From Alphaproteobacteria bacterium (GTDB taxonomy: Bacteria > Pseudomonadota > Alphaproteobacteria > UBA828), in contig OZ243972.1 of assembly GCA_965214705.1 (NCBI GenBank), positions 3,552,001 through 3,616,000 on the forward strand: a stretch of DNA of 64,000 nucleotides, given 5' to 3'. Shown here piece by piece: positions 32,359-42,228 of this stretch. Below the pieces are notes generated by a model. It saw nothing but the letters and a program-made list of their open reading frames with translations, made no database searches and was not told the DNA's origin. Position 1 is the stretch's first letter. Every line of letters begins with the position of its first letter. The translations under genes were made by a program, and so were the position numbers.

Positions 32359-34593
32359 ATGGCGCGAATCGCAGGCGAGGCTGAAACGGAGGGCGCGGTC
32401 CACCCCGTGCCGCTCGGCGACGCGCTGAGCGAGCGCTATCTCGCCTACGCGCTCTCCACAATCACCGCGCGCTCGCTGCCGGACGTGCGCGACGGGCTCA
32501 AGCCGGTGCAGCGCCGCCTGCTCTACGCGATGCGGGCGCTGAAGCTCGACCCCGACGCGGGCTTCAAGAAGTGCGCGCGGGTGGTGGGCGACGTGATCGG
32601 CAAGTACCACCCGCACGGCGATGCGGCGGTGTACGACGCCCTGGTGCGGCTCGCGCAGACCTTCGCCGCGCGCTACGCGCTGGTGGAGGGGCAGGGCAAC
32701 TTCGGCAACGTCGACGGCGATAATGCCGCGGCGATGCGCTACACCGAGGCGCGGCTCACGGAAGTGGCGCAAGCCCTGCTCGACGGCCTGGACGAGGACG
32801 CGGTCGACTTCCGCGAGACCTACGACGGCGGCGACAGCGAGCCGGTGGTGCTGCCGGCGGCCTTTCCTAACCTGCTCGCGAACGGGGCGACGGGGATCGC
32901 CGTGGGCCTCGCCACCAGCATCCCGCCGCACAACGCGGGCGAGCTCTGCGACGCGCTCACTGTGCTCCTGAAGGACCCCAAGCTCTCGGACGGCGCCCTG
33001 GTAGCGCTGGTGCCGGGCCCGGATTTTCCCACGGGCGGCGTGCTGGTCGAGGACCGCGACCAGATCGCAGACGCCTACGCGACGGGGCGCGGCGGCTTCC
33101 GGGTCCGCGCACGCTGGGAGAAGGAAAGCATCGGCCGCGGCCAGTACCAGATCGTGGTCACCGAGATTCCCTATCAGGTGCAGAAGGCGCGCCTGATCGA
33201 GCGCATCGCCGAGCTTCTGCAGGCCCGCAAGCTCGCCCTGCTGGCGGACGTGCGGGACGAATCGGCCGAGGACGTGCGCATCGTGCTGGAGCCCAGGAGC
33301 CGCACGGTCGAAGCCGAGCTGCTGATGGAGATGCTGTTCCGCCAGACCGAGCTGGAGACCCGCATCGGGCTCAACATGAACGTGCTGGATGCGGCGGGCG
33401 TGCCCCGCGTGATGACGTTGAAGCAGGTGCTGCAGGCCTTTCTCGATCACCGGCGCGAAGTCCTGCTGCGGCGCACCGCCCATCGGCTGGCGGCGATCGC
33501 CCATCGGCTCGACGTGCTCGGCGGCTATCTCGTCGCCTACCTCAACCTCGACGAAGTGATCCGCATCGTGCGCGAGGAGGACGAGCCGAAGTCCGCGCTC
33601 GTGGCCGCGTTCGGGATCAACGACGTGCAGGCGGACGCGATCCTCAACATGCGTCTGCGCGCCCTGCGCCGGCTCGAGGAGGCTGCGATCAGGCGCGAGC
33701 ACGAGGCGCTGGAAGCGGAGCGCGGCCAGTTGGAGAAGCTCGCGAACAGCACGCGCCGGCAGAAGACCGCGCTCGCGGCCGAGATTGCGGAGATCAAGAC
33801 GCGCTTCGGGCAAGAGACCGCGCTCGGCGCGCGGCGAACCGCCATCGGGGAGGCGCCGCTGCCGCAGGAAGTCCCCGTGGAGGCGCTGGTGGAGCGCGAG
33901 CCGATCACGGTGATCTGCTCGGCGAAGGGGTGGATTCGCGCGGTCAAGGGCCATGCCGAGGCAGACGCGGCGGTGCGCTACAAGGACGGCGACCGTGAGC
34001 GCTTCCGCTTCCACGCCGAGACCACGGACAAGCTGCTGCTCTTTGCCACCAACGGGCGCTTCTACACGCTGGCGGCGGATCGGCTGCCCGGCGGACGGGG
34101 CTTCGGCGAGCCGGTGCGCCTCATGGTCGATCTCGGCAACGATCACGAGGCGGTTGCGCTCTTCGCCCACCGCCCCGGCCGGCGGCTATTGGTGGCGGCG
34201 AGCGACGGACGCGGCTTCTTCGTGCCCGAGGATGACGTGGTGGCGCAGACCCGCACCGGACGGCAGGTGCTCAACCCGTCACAAGGAGCGGAGGCAGCGG
34301 TCTGTGTCGAGGCCGCCGGCGACTGGGTCGCGGTGATCGGCACCAACCGGCGGCTGGTGATCTTCCCGGCCGCCGAGGTGCCGACCATGGCGCGCGGCCG
34401 CGGCGTGATCCTGCAGCGCTACCGCGATGCCGCGCTCTCGGACGCGCAGGTGTTCGACGCCGCGGAGGGGCTGCGCTGGCGTTCAGGCGCAGGCGTCCGC
34501 ACCGAGACGGCGCTCGACCAGTGGCGCGGCAAGCGCGGTCAGGCCGGCCGCGCTGCACCGCGCGGCTTCCCCGCGGCCAACCGGTTTCTCTAG
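32359..34593 (+). CDS. parC: DNA topoisomerase IV subunit A
   Basis: [37 protein letters not shown]; 744 aa with no GyrA box seen. Confidence 0.94.
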   Translation: MARIAGEAETEGAVHPVPLGDALSERYLAYALSTITARSLPDVRDGLKPVQRRLLYAMRALKLDPDAGFKKCARVVGDVIGKYHPHGDAAVYDALVRLAQTFAARYALVEGQGNFGNVDGDNAAAMRYTEARLTEVAQALLDGLDEDAVDFRETYDGGDSEPVVLPAAFPNLLANGATGIAVGLATSIPPHNAGELCDALTVLLKDPKLSDGALVALVPGPDFPTGGVLVEDRDQIADAYATGRGGFRVRARWEKESIGRGQYQIVVTEIPYQVQKARLIERIAELLQARKLALLADVRDESAEDVRIVLEPRSRTVEAELLMEMLFRQTELETRIGLNMNVLDAAGVPRVMTLKQVLQAFLDHRREVLLRRTAHRLAAIAHRLDVLGGYLVAYLNLDEVIRIVREEDEPKSALVAAFGINDVQADAILNMRLRALRRLEEAAIRREHEALEAERGQLEKLANSTRRQKTALAAEIAEIKTRFGQETALGARRTAIGEAPLPQEVPVEALVEREPITVICSAKGWIRAVKGHAEADAAVRYKDGDRERFRFHAETTDKLLLFATNGRFYTLAADRLPGGRGFGEPVRLMVDLGNDHEAVALFAHRPGRRLLVAASDGRGFFVPEDDVVAQTRTGRQVLNPSQGAEAAVCVEAAGDWVAVIGTNRRLVIFPAAEVPTMARGRGVILQRYRDAALSDAQVFDAAEGLRWRSGAGVRTETALDQWRGKRGQAGRAAPRGFPAANRFL

Positions 34594-35051
34594 GCGACAT
34601 TGGTGAAGATCGAAAAGACCCAACCCGGAAATCCGCATCAACTGACAATTAAACAGCATTGTTTTTCTAAAAAATCAATTGAGAGATTTTGCAACGAGAA
34701 TGGTGTGGTCGAAGTTTACCTGATCGACAAAAACAAAACCGTTCCCATGAAGCCTGACAACGAGATTTTCTGTGCACGTAGGGTATGGGATCAGCGTGCG
34801 GAAGCGCTATTCATGCAGGGTACAGAAAATGCATATCAGGATGTTGTAAGCCAATTAGAAGTAGAGGGTTGGTCTCGTCGGCTCGGCATTGAGGAAAACC
34901 AGATCGTTACAGATATGTATTCGCTTTGGCATGTTCGCTGTTGCTGGAAAAATAAGTATCTAAACGATCAAGAATTGCCGGGAGTGTTGCCCGCACGACC
35001 GGGGTATTCTCAAGACGATAGAGAAGCGTTGGAAAAGAGCAACATGGTGAC

Positions 35052-36730
35052 GGGTGTAGGTCTGGCATGGCGATCGTAAGTCATTGATTTAGCGCGATTG
35101 GCGGGTGGCCGTAGGCAGCCAGAATCGGGTTTTCGTGACAATCGGCCGGTGCAGGGCCGGATTTTGTCACAACGGCGGCATCCAGCAGTGGTGGGTGGGA
35201 ACGCTCCGCACCGCGAGATGCGGTAGGATGCCGCGCCGACAACCCAACATCAGACCCAACATCAGGAGCGTTCCCATGCCAGTGTCGCAGTCTCTCATCG
35301 CCTCGTCCATCGACCTTTTGGGCCTGCCTGCCGAAGTCGCCGAAGCGGTCGCCCAGGTGGTGGAGTTCTGTCGCGAACAGGCTGGGTCTGACCCGTCTGC
35401 CGAGACGTTCGAAACGGTTGAGACGGGGCTGCGGGACGCCATGAACGGCTTGGGTTGCAAGCTCCTTGGGGCCTTCGCCGAGAGCCGCGACGACGGTGCG
35501 AGCCGGATCGAGCGCGACGGACAGAGCTGGGTCCGGGTGGCGGCGACGCCGAAGACGATCATGACGACGCTCGGTCCCGTGACCTATCGGCGTGCGCGCT
35601 ATCGCAGCGGCGCGAGCAGCACGTCGCTGGTGCCGGTGGACGAGAGCCTGGGCCTCATCGACGACTACCTGACGCGGCCGGCGGCGCAGCTCGGGCTGAT
35701 GATGATGGGCCACTGTACGCCGCGTGAAGCGGAGGAGTTCTTCGCGAAAATGGGCGGAATGACGCCGTCGGTGAGCACGCTGCAGCGCCTGGCCCTGAGC
35801 ATGCATGAGCACTGGGAGAGCGTCGCCCCGGAGACGCTGGCCAGCATCCGTGAAACCCAGGGCATACCGCCCGATGCGGTCACCGCGTCCGTCTCCCTTG
35901 ACGGCGTCATGGTGGCGCTGCGGGCCGGCGAGGACGGCCGTGCCGAGGCGTGCTGGCGCGAGGCCTCTTGCGGCACGGTCTCCTTCCACGACGCCGAGGG
36001 CCAACGGCTGAAGACCCTCTATCTCGGCCGTATGCCCGAGAGCGGCAAGGCCGCGCTGAAAGCGCAACTTGCAAGCGAGGTCGCCCATATCCGCCGTGTG
36101 AGCCCGAAGATCAGGATCGGCGCCGTCGCCGACGGGGCCGCCGACAACTGGACCTTCCTCGAAAGCCTCTCGCCCGAGACCGAGGTCATCGACTTCTGGC
36201 ACGCTTGCGAGCATCTCCGCGTGGCCTCTGACCATGCGGTGGCGCGCCACTGGTTCGAGAAGCACCGCGAAATCCTGCGCCACGACCCCCGCGGCGTCGA
36301 CAAGGTGATCCGGGCACTGCGCTACCTCCTGGACAGGGCAAAGGGGGACCCGGCCGAGATCGAGCGCGAACTGGCCTTCTTCCGAAAGCACCGCCATCGG
36401 ATGCGCTACCACGCCCTGAAGGAAGAGGGCATCGCCATCGGCTCGGGTGTGGTCGAGGCGGCCTGCAAGACCCTCGTCGCGCAGCGCTTGAAACGCTCGG
36501 GCATGCGCTGGCGGATCGACGGCGGGCAGGCGGTTCTGACCTTCCGCGCCCTGATCAAATCCGGCCTCTTCGACCGGGCATGGGATGCGCTCATGGACGC
36601 CCGATCCGGACCAGCTAACGACAACATCAGCCCAACCGAAGTCCTGGCACTCGCTGCTTGACCAAAATGAACCAGCCCATATCCTTTAGCGCCATCACGA
36701 CTGGCATATCGCCATACGAGAATCACACCC
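35052..36730 (+). mobile_element. ISKra4-family (IS256-related) insertion sequence, 1679 bp
   Basis: Imperfect terminal IRs GGGTGTAGGTCTGGCATGGCGAT / GGGTGTGATTCTCGTATGGCGAT (18/23); 9-bp target duplication CATGGTGAC at 35043-35051 and 36731-36739. Confidence 0.92.
35276..36661 (+). CDS. ISKra4-family DDE transposase
   Basis: SLDGV, ADGAADNW, DFWHACEHL, IGSGVVEAACK, KRSGMRW; AGGAG before the ATG. Confidence 0.88.
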   Translation: MPVSQSLIASSIDLLGLPAEVAEAVAQVVEFCREQAGSDPSAETFETVETGLRDAMNGLGCKLLGAFAESRDDGASRIERDGQSWVRVAATPKTIMTTLGPVTYRRARYRSGASSTSLVPVDESLGLIDDYLTRPAAQLGLMMMGHCTPREAEEFFAKMGGMTPSVSTLQRLALSMHEHWESVAPETLASIRETQGIPPDAVTASVSLDGVMVALRAGEDGRAEACWREASCGTVSFHDAEGQRLKTLYLGRMPESGKAALKAQLASEVAHIRRVSPKIRIGAVADGAADNWTFLESLSPETEVIDFWHACEHLRVASDHAVARHWFEKHREILRHDPRGVDKVIRALRYLLDRAKGDPAEIERELAFFRKHRHRMRYHALKEEGIAIGSGVVEAACKTLVAQRLKRSGMRWRIDGGQAVLTFRALIKSGLFDRAWDALMDARSGPANDNISPTEVLALAA

Positions 36731-37183
36731 CATGGTGACCTCCATCGACCGTGGTGCAAGTGCCGTTCTGCCCGGTCGTCATATCGCCGGAATCTTGGTT
36801 CAAAACGATTATGGTCGTGTCAGAAACGCCTTGCGAGGCTATTCGTGGGGAATAGTGAAGAGTGTGTGTGGAGAATTTATTGTCCCCGACAAAAGCAGCG
36901 CTGGACTTTGCCTGCCTGTTACACCGACGATATATTTTTCCGCTGGACAGGATAATCGTCGAGTCGTCATGAAGTCGGAATTACGCCACATGAATACAGC
37001 CCTTAGATTAGGCAGTGAACAGTACTACTTTGGCAGAAAGTTATGAGGTTTGTTTAATTCGGATATGACACCTTTCTGCAATGTAGAAGAAGTTGCAGTT
37101 GAGTTCTCAAAGAATAGTTGGGATCGACGCCTGCGAAACTCTTCATTCAGTACTGGACAGCCGTGTTCTCTGGTTAGGGCGGG

Positions 37184-37414
37184 TCAGAACGCGGCGTTGG
37201 CGCCCAGAAGGAAGACGCCGGCACCGGCCGTCCCCATCGTCAGGAACAGTGCTGCCGCGAGGCCGGCGATCAACGCGAGGAACAGGAGCCCGAGACTGTA
37301 GGGGATTCTGCGCCGGCCTTTTTGCAAGCTGTCCGGTTGGGACGCCGCGGGGGCATCGTTTCCGATATCGCTCCTGCGCTCTCGGCGCGGGAGCCCTGCA
37401 CGGCTGCGTTCCAT
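37184..37414 (-). CDS. Small hypothetical membrane protein
   Basis: 76-aa ATG ORF with charged N-terminus and long hydrophobic C-terminus; no family recognised. Confidence 0.35.
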   Translation of the reverse strand: MERSRAGLPRRERRSDIGNDAPAASQPDSLQKGRRRIPYSLGLLFLALIAGLAAALFLTMGTAGAGVFLLGANAAF

Positions 37415-37625
37415 AAGGGTTGGCTCTCGATGCGGACGGCGGCTTGCGCTGCCGTGCCTGCTTTACGTGCTCCGTTGCGATCCCCCGTGGCGGCAACTCA
37501 GGGCACCCGGCTATCCGCCGCCAGTTCGCATGCGTGTCGTTGGCCAATTACCTTCAAATCGTCATGCAAGCGTCACATGCACCGCAAAGACAGTCAATCA
37601 ATATCCATATGCCGCTATATCGTAT

Positions 37626-37653
37626 ACCGCACATAACATTCGCTATGTGCGTA
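37626..37653. other. dif-like / recombinase- or regulator-binding palindrome
   Basis: CGCACATA-ACATTCGC-TATGTGCG perfect 8-bp inverted repeat; reads as 11-6-11 with CATAA and TATGT flanking the spacer. Confidence 0.35.
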
Positions 37654-37765
37654 AGTCATGGAGCAGTCGCCCGTTCGGCGCTCTACGCACCGATGCGCCG
37701 CGAATTCCTGGAGATAGATGCGATGCCTTGCCGGGGAAGGCTCGACGACTGACTCTCTTGGCCCC

Positions 37766-38449
37766 TCAAGCTTTCAAGAGACCCAGCGCGCGGGCGAGGG
37801 GAGGGGCCTCGCGCCAGGGGGCGGGGGAGGCGGAGAGACGCGGCACGTGCGCGATGGGTAGCGGCCCGGCATGTCGGGCGATGGTTTCCGCCGTCTCCGC
37901 CGGGGGCACCGGGCTTTCCGGCGATTCGCTGATGACCAGTCCGGCGACCTCAATGCCACGCCCGCGTATGGCCGCGAGTGTGGTCAGCGTGTGGCTGATG
38001 GTGCCAAGGTAGCTGCCCGTCACCACCAGCGCCGGCGCGCCGAGCTCTGCGATCCAGTCGAGCACGGTGTGGTCGTCGTTCAACGGCACCATGGCGCCGC
38101 CGATGCCCTCGACCAGCAACGGATCGCCTTGGGCGGCCCGGCAATAGGCGACGATGTCGCCCAGATCGAGGCGGCGTCCCTCGCGGGCTGCGGCCATGTC
38201 CGGCGAGAGCGGGGCGGCGAAGCGCCAGGGCGTGATCTCGGCGACCGCCTCCTCGGTCACGGCCTCGCCCAGGCTCGCGAGGAGGATGCCGGGGTCGCTC
38301 ACCGCGAGCGCCGCCGGATCGTAGCCGCTCAGCACCGGCTTGAGCGCACGCATGGGCCGGCCCGCGGCACGAAGCTCATGGCAGAGCGCGGCCGTAACCA
38401 GGGTCTTGCCGATCTCGGTGCCCGTGGCGGTGACGAAGAGCGTGCTCAT
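37766..38449 (-). CDS. bioD: Dethiobiotin synthetase
   Basis: FVTATGTEIGKT, LKPV, PLSP, VEGIGG, YLGTISHT. Confidence 0.93.
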   Translation of the reverse strand: MSTLFVTATGTEIGKTLVTAALCHELRAAGRPMRALKPVLSGYDPAALAVSDPGILLASLGEAVTEEAVAEITPWRFAAPLSPDMAAAREGRRLDLGDIVAYCRAAQGDPLLVEGIGGAMVPLNDDHTVLDWIAELGAPALVVTGSYLGTISHTLTTLAAIRGRGIEVAGLVISESPESPVPPAETAETIARHAGPLPIAHVPRLSASPAPWREAPPLARALGLLKA

Positions 38450-39615
38450 CGTTCGTCTCCGTCGAGGATGCGCGCGCGCACGATCTCCGCCAGCCGCTCG
38501 ATGTCGGCGTCGTCGTGGCCCGCGCTGAAGGTGAGGCGGAGCCGCGCCGTGCCCTCCGGCACCGTCGGCGGCCGGATCGCCGTGACGAGATAGCCCTCGT
38601 CCTCCAGCAGCCGCGAGGCCCCGAGCGCGCGCTCCGGCGCTCCGAGCAAGATGGGGACGATGCAGCTTTCCGGCGCCGGCAGCTTGAGATGCGCACAGAA
38701 GAGCGACGCCTTGCGCAGAGGCGCCGCGACCAGGGCGGGATCGTTTGCAATCAGGTCGAGGGCCGCGAAGCTGGCTGCGACCACGCCGGGCGGCAGCCCG
38801 GTGGAGTAGATGAAGGGCCGGGCGCGGGTACGGATCAGGTCGATCACCGACTGCGAGGCGCAGAGATAGCCGCCGTAGCTGCCTACCGCCTTGGAGAGCG
38901 TGCCCATCTGCAGCGGCACTTCGGTCTTCGCGCCGCCCACGAAGCTCGAGCCCCGCCCACCGCCGACCACGCCAATCCCGTGGGCGTCGTCGGTCATCAG
39001 CCAAGTGTCGTGGGCCGCCGCGATCTCGGCAAGCGCCGCGACCGGCGCGAGGTCGCCGTCCATGCTGAACACGCCGTCGGTGAGCAGCAACGCGCGCTCG
39101 TGGCCGACACGGTGTTCGGCCAACAGGGCCTCCACGTGATCGAGGTCGTTGTGCCGGAAGATCTCGACGCGCGACTGCGAGAGCGCCGCGCCTGCGCGCA
39201 GACACGCGTGGCTCAGCTCGTCCGCCACGATCAGGTCGCCGGCACCGACGAGGCTAGGAATGATGCCGAGATTGGCGAGGTAGCCCGAGCCGAAGACGCA
39301 GGCGTCGTCGGTGCCCTTGAGTCGCGCCAGCCGGCCTTCCAGCGCCGCGAAGAGGGGATGGTTGCCGGTGACGAGCCGCGACGCGCCGGCACCGGCGCCC
39401 CAGCGCTCCGTGGCCTCGATGGCGGCCCGCTTGACCGCCGGGTGCTGCGACAGATTGAGGTAGTCGTTGCTGCAGAAAGAGATCAGCCGGCGGCCGTTAC
39501 GCTTCACCTCGACCGGCCCGCACGGCGCGGTCTCGTGGACGGTGCGGCGCAACTGCCGCTCCGCGAGCGCGGCGAGCTTGTCCTCGGCGAAGCGTTCGAG
39601 CGTATCCATGCGCAT
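38446..39615 (-). CDS. bioF: 8-amino-7-oxononanoate synthase
   Basis: SNDYL, GAGASRLVTG, DGVFSMDGD, DDAHG, GTLSKA, IRPPTVP; ATGA overlap with bioD. Confidence 0.93.
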   Translation of the reverse strand: MRMDTLERFAEDKLAALAERQLRRTVHETAPCGPVEVKRNGRRLISFCSNDYLNLSQHPAVKRAAIEATERWGAGAGASRLVTGNHPLFAALEGRLARLKGTDDACVFGSGYLANLGIIPSLVGAGDLIVADELSHACLRAGAALSQSRVEIFRHNDLDHVEALLAEHRVGHERALLLTDGVFSMDGDLAPVAALAEIAAAHDTWLMTDDAHGIGVVGGGRGSSFVGGAKTEVPLQMGTLSKAVGSYGGYLCASQSVIDLIRTRARPFIYSTGLPPGVVAASFAALDLIANDPALVAAPLRKASLFCAHLKLPAPESCIVPILLGAPERALGASRLLEDEGYLVTAIRPPTVPEGTARLRLTFSAGHDDADIERLAEIVRARILDGDER

Positions 39616-39651
39616 TCCCGCGCCGAGGTGGCGGTGCCGCGCCTGTGGCGG

Positions 39652-41061
39652 CTAGAGCTCGCCCTCGCGGCGCAACATGCGGATGGTCTCGCGGAAGGCG
39701 TCGATGGTGATCGGGAGATCGTCCGCCGTGTTGGCGGCCGAGGTCATGCCGCCGGGCCAGCCCTGAATGTCCACGCCGTTCACCAGCAGGCCGAGACGGA
39801 TCTTGTTGACCAGCTCCGACGGGCGGTCCTTGAGCTCGGCGTAGTCGATCTCGAGAGGATCGAAAGTGGACGGCGTGATTGCGCGTCCGCGCGGGTTCAT
39901 GAAGAGGTGGAAGGAGGAGAAGGTGCCGTAGACCGACCAGGGCACGCCTTCATCCTCCAGCACCCCGTTGAGCCCGGCCCGAAGCTCGGCGCCGAAGGCC
40001 GTTGCCCGCTCGCAGGCATCGGAATCCCGCACGATGGTAAGCGCCGCCGTGCCGGCGGCGGCGGAGACGGGGTTCGCGTTGAAGGTGCCGGGGTGGAAGA
40101 TCTTCTCGCGGCCGGTCTCCTTGGTCGCGTAGAAGTCCAGGTCGTCGAGTATCTCCTTGCGCCCGGCCACGGCCCCGCCCGGCAGACCGCCGGCGATGAT
40201 CTTGGCGTGGGTGCTCATGTCGGGTGTCACGCCGAAATGCCCCTGCGCGCCGCCGGGGGCGACGCGGAAGCCGGTAATCACCTCGTCGAAGATCAGCACC
40301 ACGCCGTGCTTCGCCGTGAGCTCCCGCAGAAACTCCAGGAACTCGAAGGCGTGGGGCACGAGGCCGAAGGAGCCGCCGGTCGGCTCCAGAATTGCCGCGG
40401 CGATATCGTCGTCGGCCTCGAACGCGGTGCGCGCGGCTTCCTCGTCGCCGGGAGGCAGCAGAATCACCTGGGACGCGAGGTCGGGCAGCACGCCGGTCGT
40501 TGGCGAACCGTCGAAGTGCGAGATGTAGCCGGAGGTCATGTGGTCGTGCCAGCCGTGGAAGTGGCCCTTGAAGCGCACGATCTTGTGCTTGCCGGTGTGT
40601 GCGCGGGCCAGGCGGAGCGCCATGTGCGTTGCCTCGGTGCCGGAGGAGGTGAAGCGCACTCTCTCCGCGCAGGGCACCATTTCGCGCACGATCTGTGCCC
40701 AGCGTACCTCGCGCTCGTGGTTGGCGCCGGGATGTGTGCCGTCCGGCAGCGCCTCCTGGATCGCGGCGAGCACCTCCGGCCGGCCGTGGCCGAGCAGCAA
40801 GGCGCCGTGGCCGCCGGCGTAATCGACGTACTCGTTGCCGTCCCGGTCCCACTTGCGCGAGCCCTCGGCCCGCACGACGTAGATGCCGTAGGGCTGCATG
40901 TGGCGCGCATCGTGGACGATACCGGAGGGCAGGATGTCCCTGGCCTCGGCCGCGAGCGCTGCCGAGCCGGGCGTCTTCGTCAGGTAGGCCTGAACGATGC
41001 CGGAGTTGGAGGCGAGCAGGTCGGCGCTCGCCGCTGCCGCCTGTGATGTTGCCGTGTTCAT
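39652..41061 (-). CDS. Class III PLP aminotransferase (HemL/GSAM-like)
   Basis: DGNEYVDY, SSGTEAT, FHGWHD, IFDEVITGFR, PDMSTHAKIIAGG, GTFNANP. Confidence 0.88.
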   Translation of the reverse strand: MNTATSQAAAASADLLASNSGIVQAYLTKTPGSAALAAEARDILPSGIVHDARHMQPYGIYVVRAEGSRKWDRDGNEYVDYAGGHGALLLGHGRPEVLAAIQEALPDGTHPGANHEREVRWAQIVREMVPCAERVRFTSSGTEATHMALRLARAHTGKHKIVRFKGHFHGWHDHMTSGYISHFDGSPTTGVLPDLASQVILLPPGDEEAARTAFEADDDIAAAILEPTGGSFGLVPHAFEFLEFLRELTAKHGVVLIFDEVITGFRVAPGGAQGHFGVTPDMSTHAKIIAGGLPGGAVAGRKEILDDLDFYATKETGREKIFHPGTFNANPVSAAAGTAALTIVRDSDACERATAFGAELRAGLNGVLEDEGVPWSVYGTFSSFHLFMNPRGRAITPSTFDPLEIDYAELKDRPSELVNKIRLGLLVNGVDIQGWPGGMTSAANTADDLPITIDAFRETIRMLRREGEL

Positions 41062-41069
41062 GTCCTGTC

Positions 41070-41792
41070 CTATTCGATGTAGGGATCGACCGCGTCGCGC
41101 ACGGCCTTGGCGACCGCGACGGCGCCCGGCGTATCCGAATGGACGCAGATCGTCTCCGCCTTGGTCGGAACGTCCTTGCCGTTGACGGAGCGGATCACGC
41201 CGTCCTTCACCACGCGCATGATCTGCGCCACGGCCTGTTCCGGCGCCACGGACTTGTGCTCGCGGGTGATGATGCAGCGGCCCTCGTCGTCGTAGTCGAG
41301 GTCGGCGAAGATCTCCCACACGACATCGGCGTACTTGGGCCAGATGGTCTCGTGCATGGTGCCGGTGGTGCCGTACATGGGCACGCCGAAGACCTGCGCC
41401 GCCTCGGCGCAGGCGGTGGCCACGTCTTCGTCGATCCAGGCGGCGCCGTAGAGCGCGCCGTGGGGCTTCAGGTGGTTGAGGGTCATCCCCTCCATCTCGA
41501 GGAAGCCCTTGAGCGCGCCGCACTGATAGATGATGGCGTCGCGCAGCTCCTTGCGGTCCATCTTCATGTAGCGTCGCCCGAAGCCGTCCCGATCCGGAAA
41601 CGACGGGTGAGCCCCCACCTTCACGCCATGCTTCTTGGCGAGCACGACGGTCTCGTGCATCACGCCGGGGTCCGAGGCATGGAAACCGCAGGCGACGTTG
41701 GCCGAGGTGATGTAGGGCATGATCGCCTCGTCGTCGCCGCAGGTGTAGATGCTGTAGGCCTCGCCCATGTCGCAGTTGATGTCGATCCCCAT
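41070..41792 (-). CDS. pxpA: LamB/YcsF family protein (5-oxoprolinase subunit A-like)
   Basis: IDINCDMGE, SANVACGFHASDP, GAHPSFPD, KPHGALY, TICVHSDTPGA. Confidence 0.9.
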   Translation of the reverse strand: MGIDINCDMGEAYSIYTCGDDEAIMPYITSANVACGFHASDPGVMHETVVLAKKHGVKVGAHPSFPDRDGFGRRYMKMDRKELRDAIIYQCGALKGFLEMEGMTLNHLKPHGALYGAAWIDEDVATACAEAAQVFGVPMYGTTGTMHETIWPKYADVVWEIFADLDYDDEGRCIITREHKSVAPEQAVAQIMRVVKDGVIRSVNGKDVPTKAETICVHSDTPGAVAVAKAVRDAVDPYIE

Positions 41793-42228
41793 GGTCTCCC
41801 CCTGCCGTTCCGTCGCCTCTCCGCCCTCAGTCACGGGTAAGTAACGAGAACTGTCCGTCAAACGTAGCAGGATTGTTTCCCAATCTCGATTCCGTAGCCC
41901 GCGACCTTGCCGAGTCCTGTGGCGGCCCCGTGGCTTTTCGCTCTGTGGCCGTGTGGTTATATGGCGAACGAGTCGGACCCCGAGTCGCAATGAATGCGCC
42001 TGCCGATGCCGTGACCAGAATTGGTCGTCGAGTGACGCGTGAACTCGACCGGTTGAAGAAGTATCGACTGGCGGCCGGACTCCTTTCCTTCGCCGGCCTC
42101 GTGCTCGGCACGCTGCGCGATCTGGCGCCAATCATCGCCGTGGTCGCAGTGTTCCAGGTCGCGATCCTGCGCCAACCCTTCCCCGATCTTGGCGGCATCG
42201 TCGGGGGCCTCGTGCTCGTGATGCTTGG

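Larger units (their letters stand above)
34600..37046 (+). pseudogene. AT-rich hypothetical gene (DUF4238-like, about 252 aa) interrupted by an ISKra4-family element
   Basis: 34600-35051 and 36740-37046 join in frame (...LEKSNMVT-SIDRG...) once the IS and one TSD copy are removed; N-terminal QHCFSKKSIERF resembles the DUF4238 QHxxPxxxLxxF motif (family call tentative). Confidence 0.75.

Noticed and set aside
34594-37180. Integron cassette origin for the AT-rich gene
   Set aside because: No attC-like RYYYAAC...GTTRRRY hairpin or integrase recognised
38515-41046. 843-aa plus-strand ORF and similar long antisense ORFs (32263-34170, 47418-49532, 23345-25069, 12028-13536)
   Set aside because: Shadow ORFs opposite well-supported genes, expected from GC-rich codon bias; no recognisable motifs
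37766-41523. Apparent N-terminal fusions in ORF-track entries for bioD (479 aa) and the aminotransferase (623 aa), likewise tilS, the SDR, folB and phhB
   Set aside because: The extensions overlap neighbouring genes in other frames; downstream starts with RBS or stop-start coupling give normal lengths
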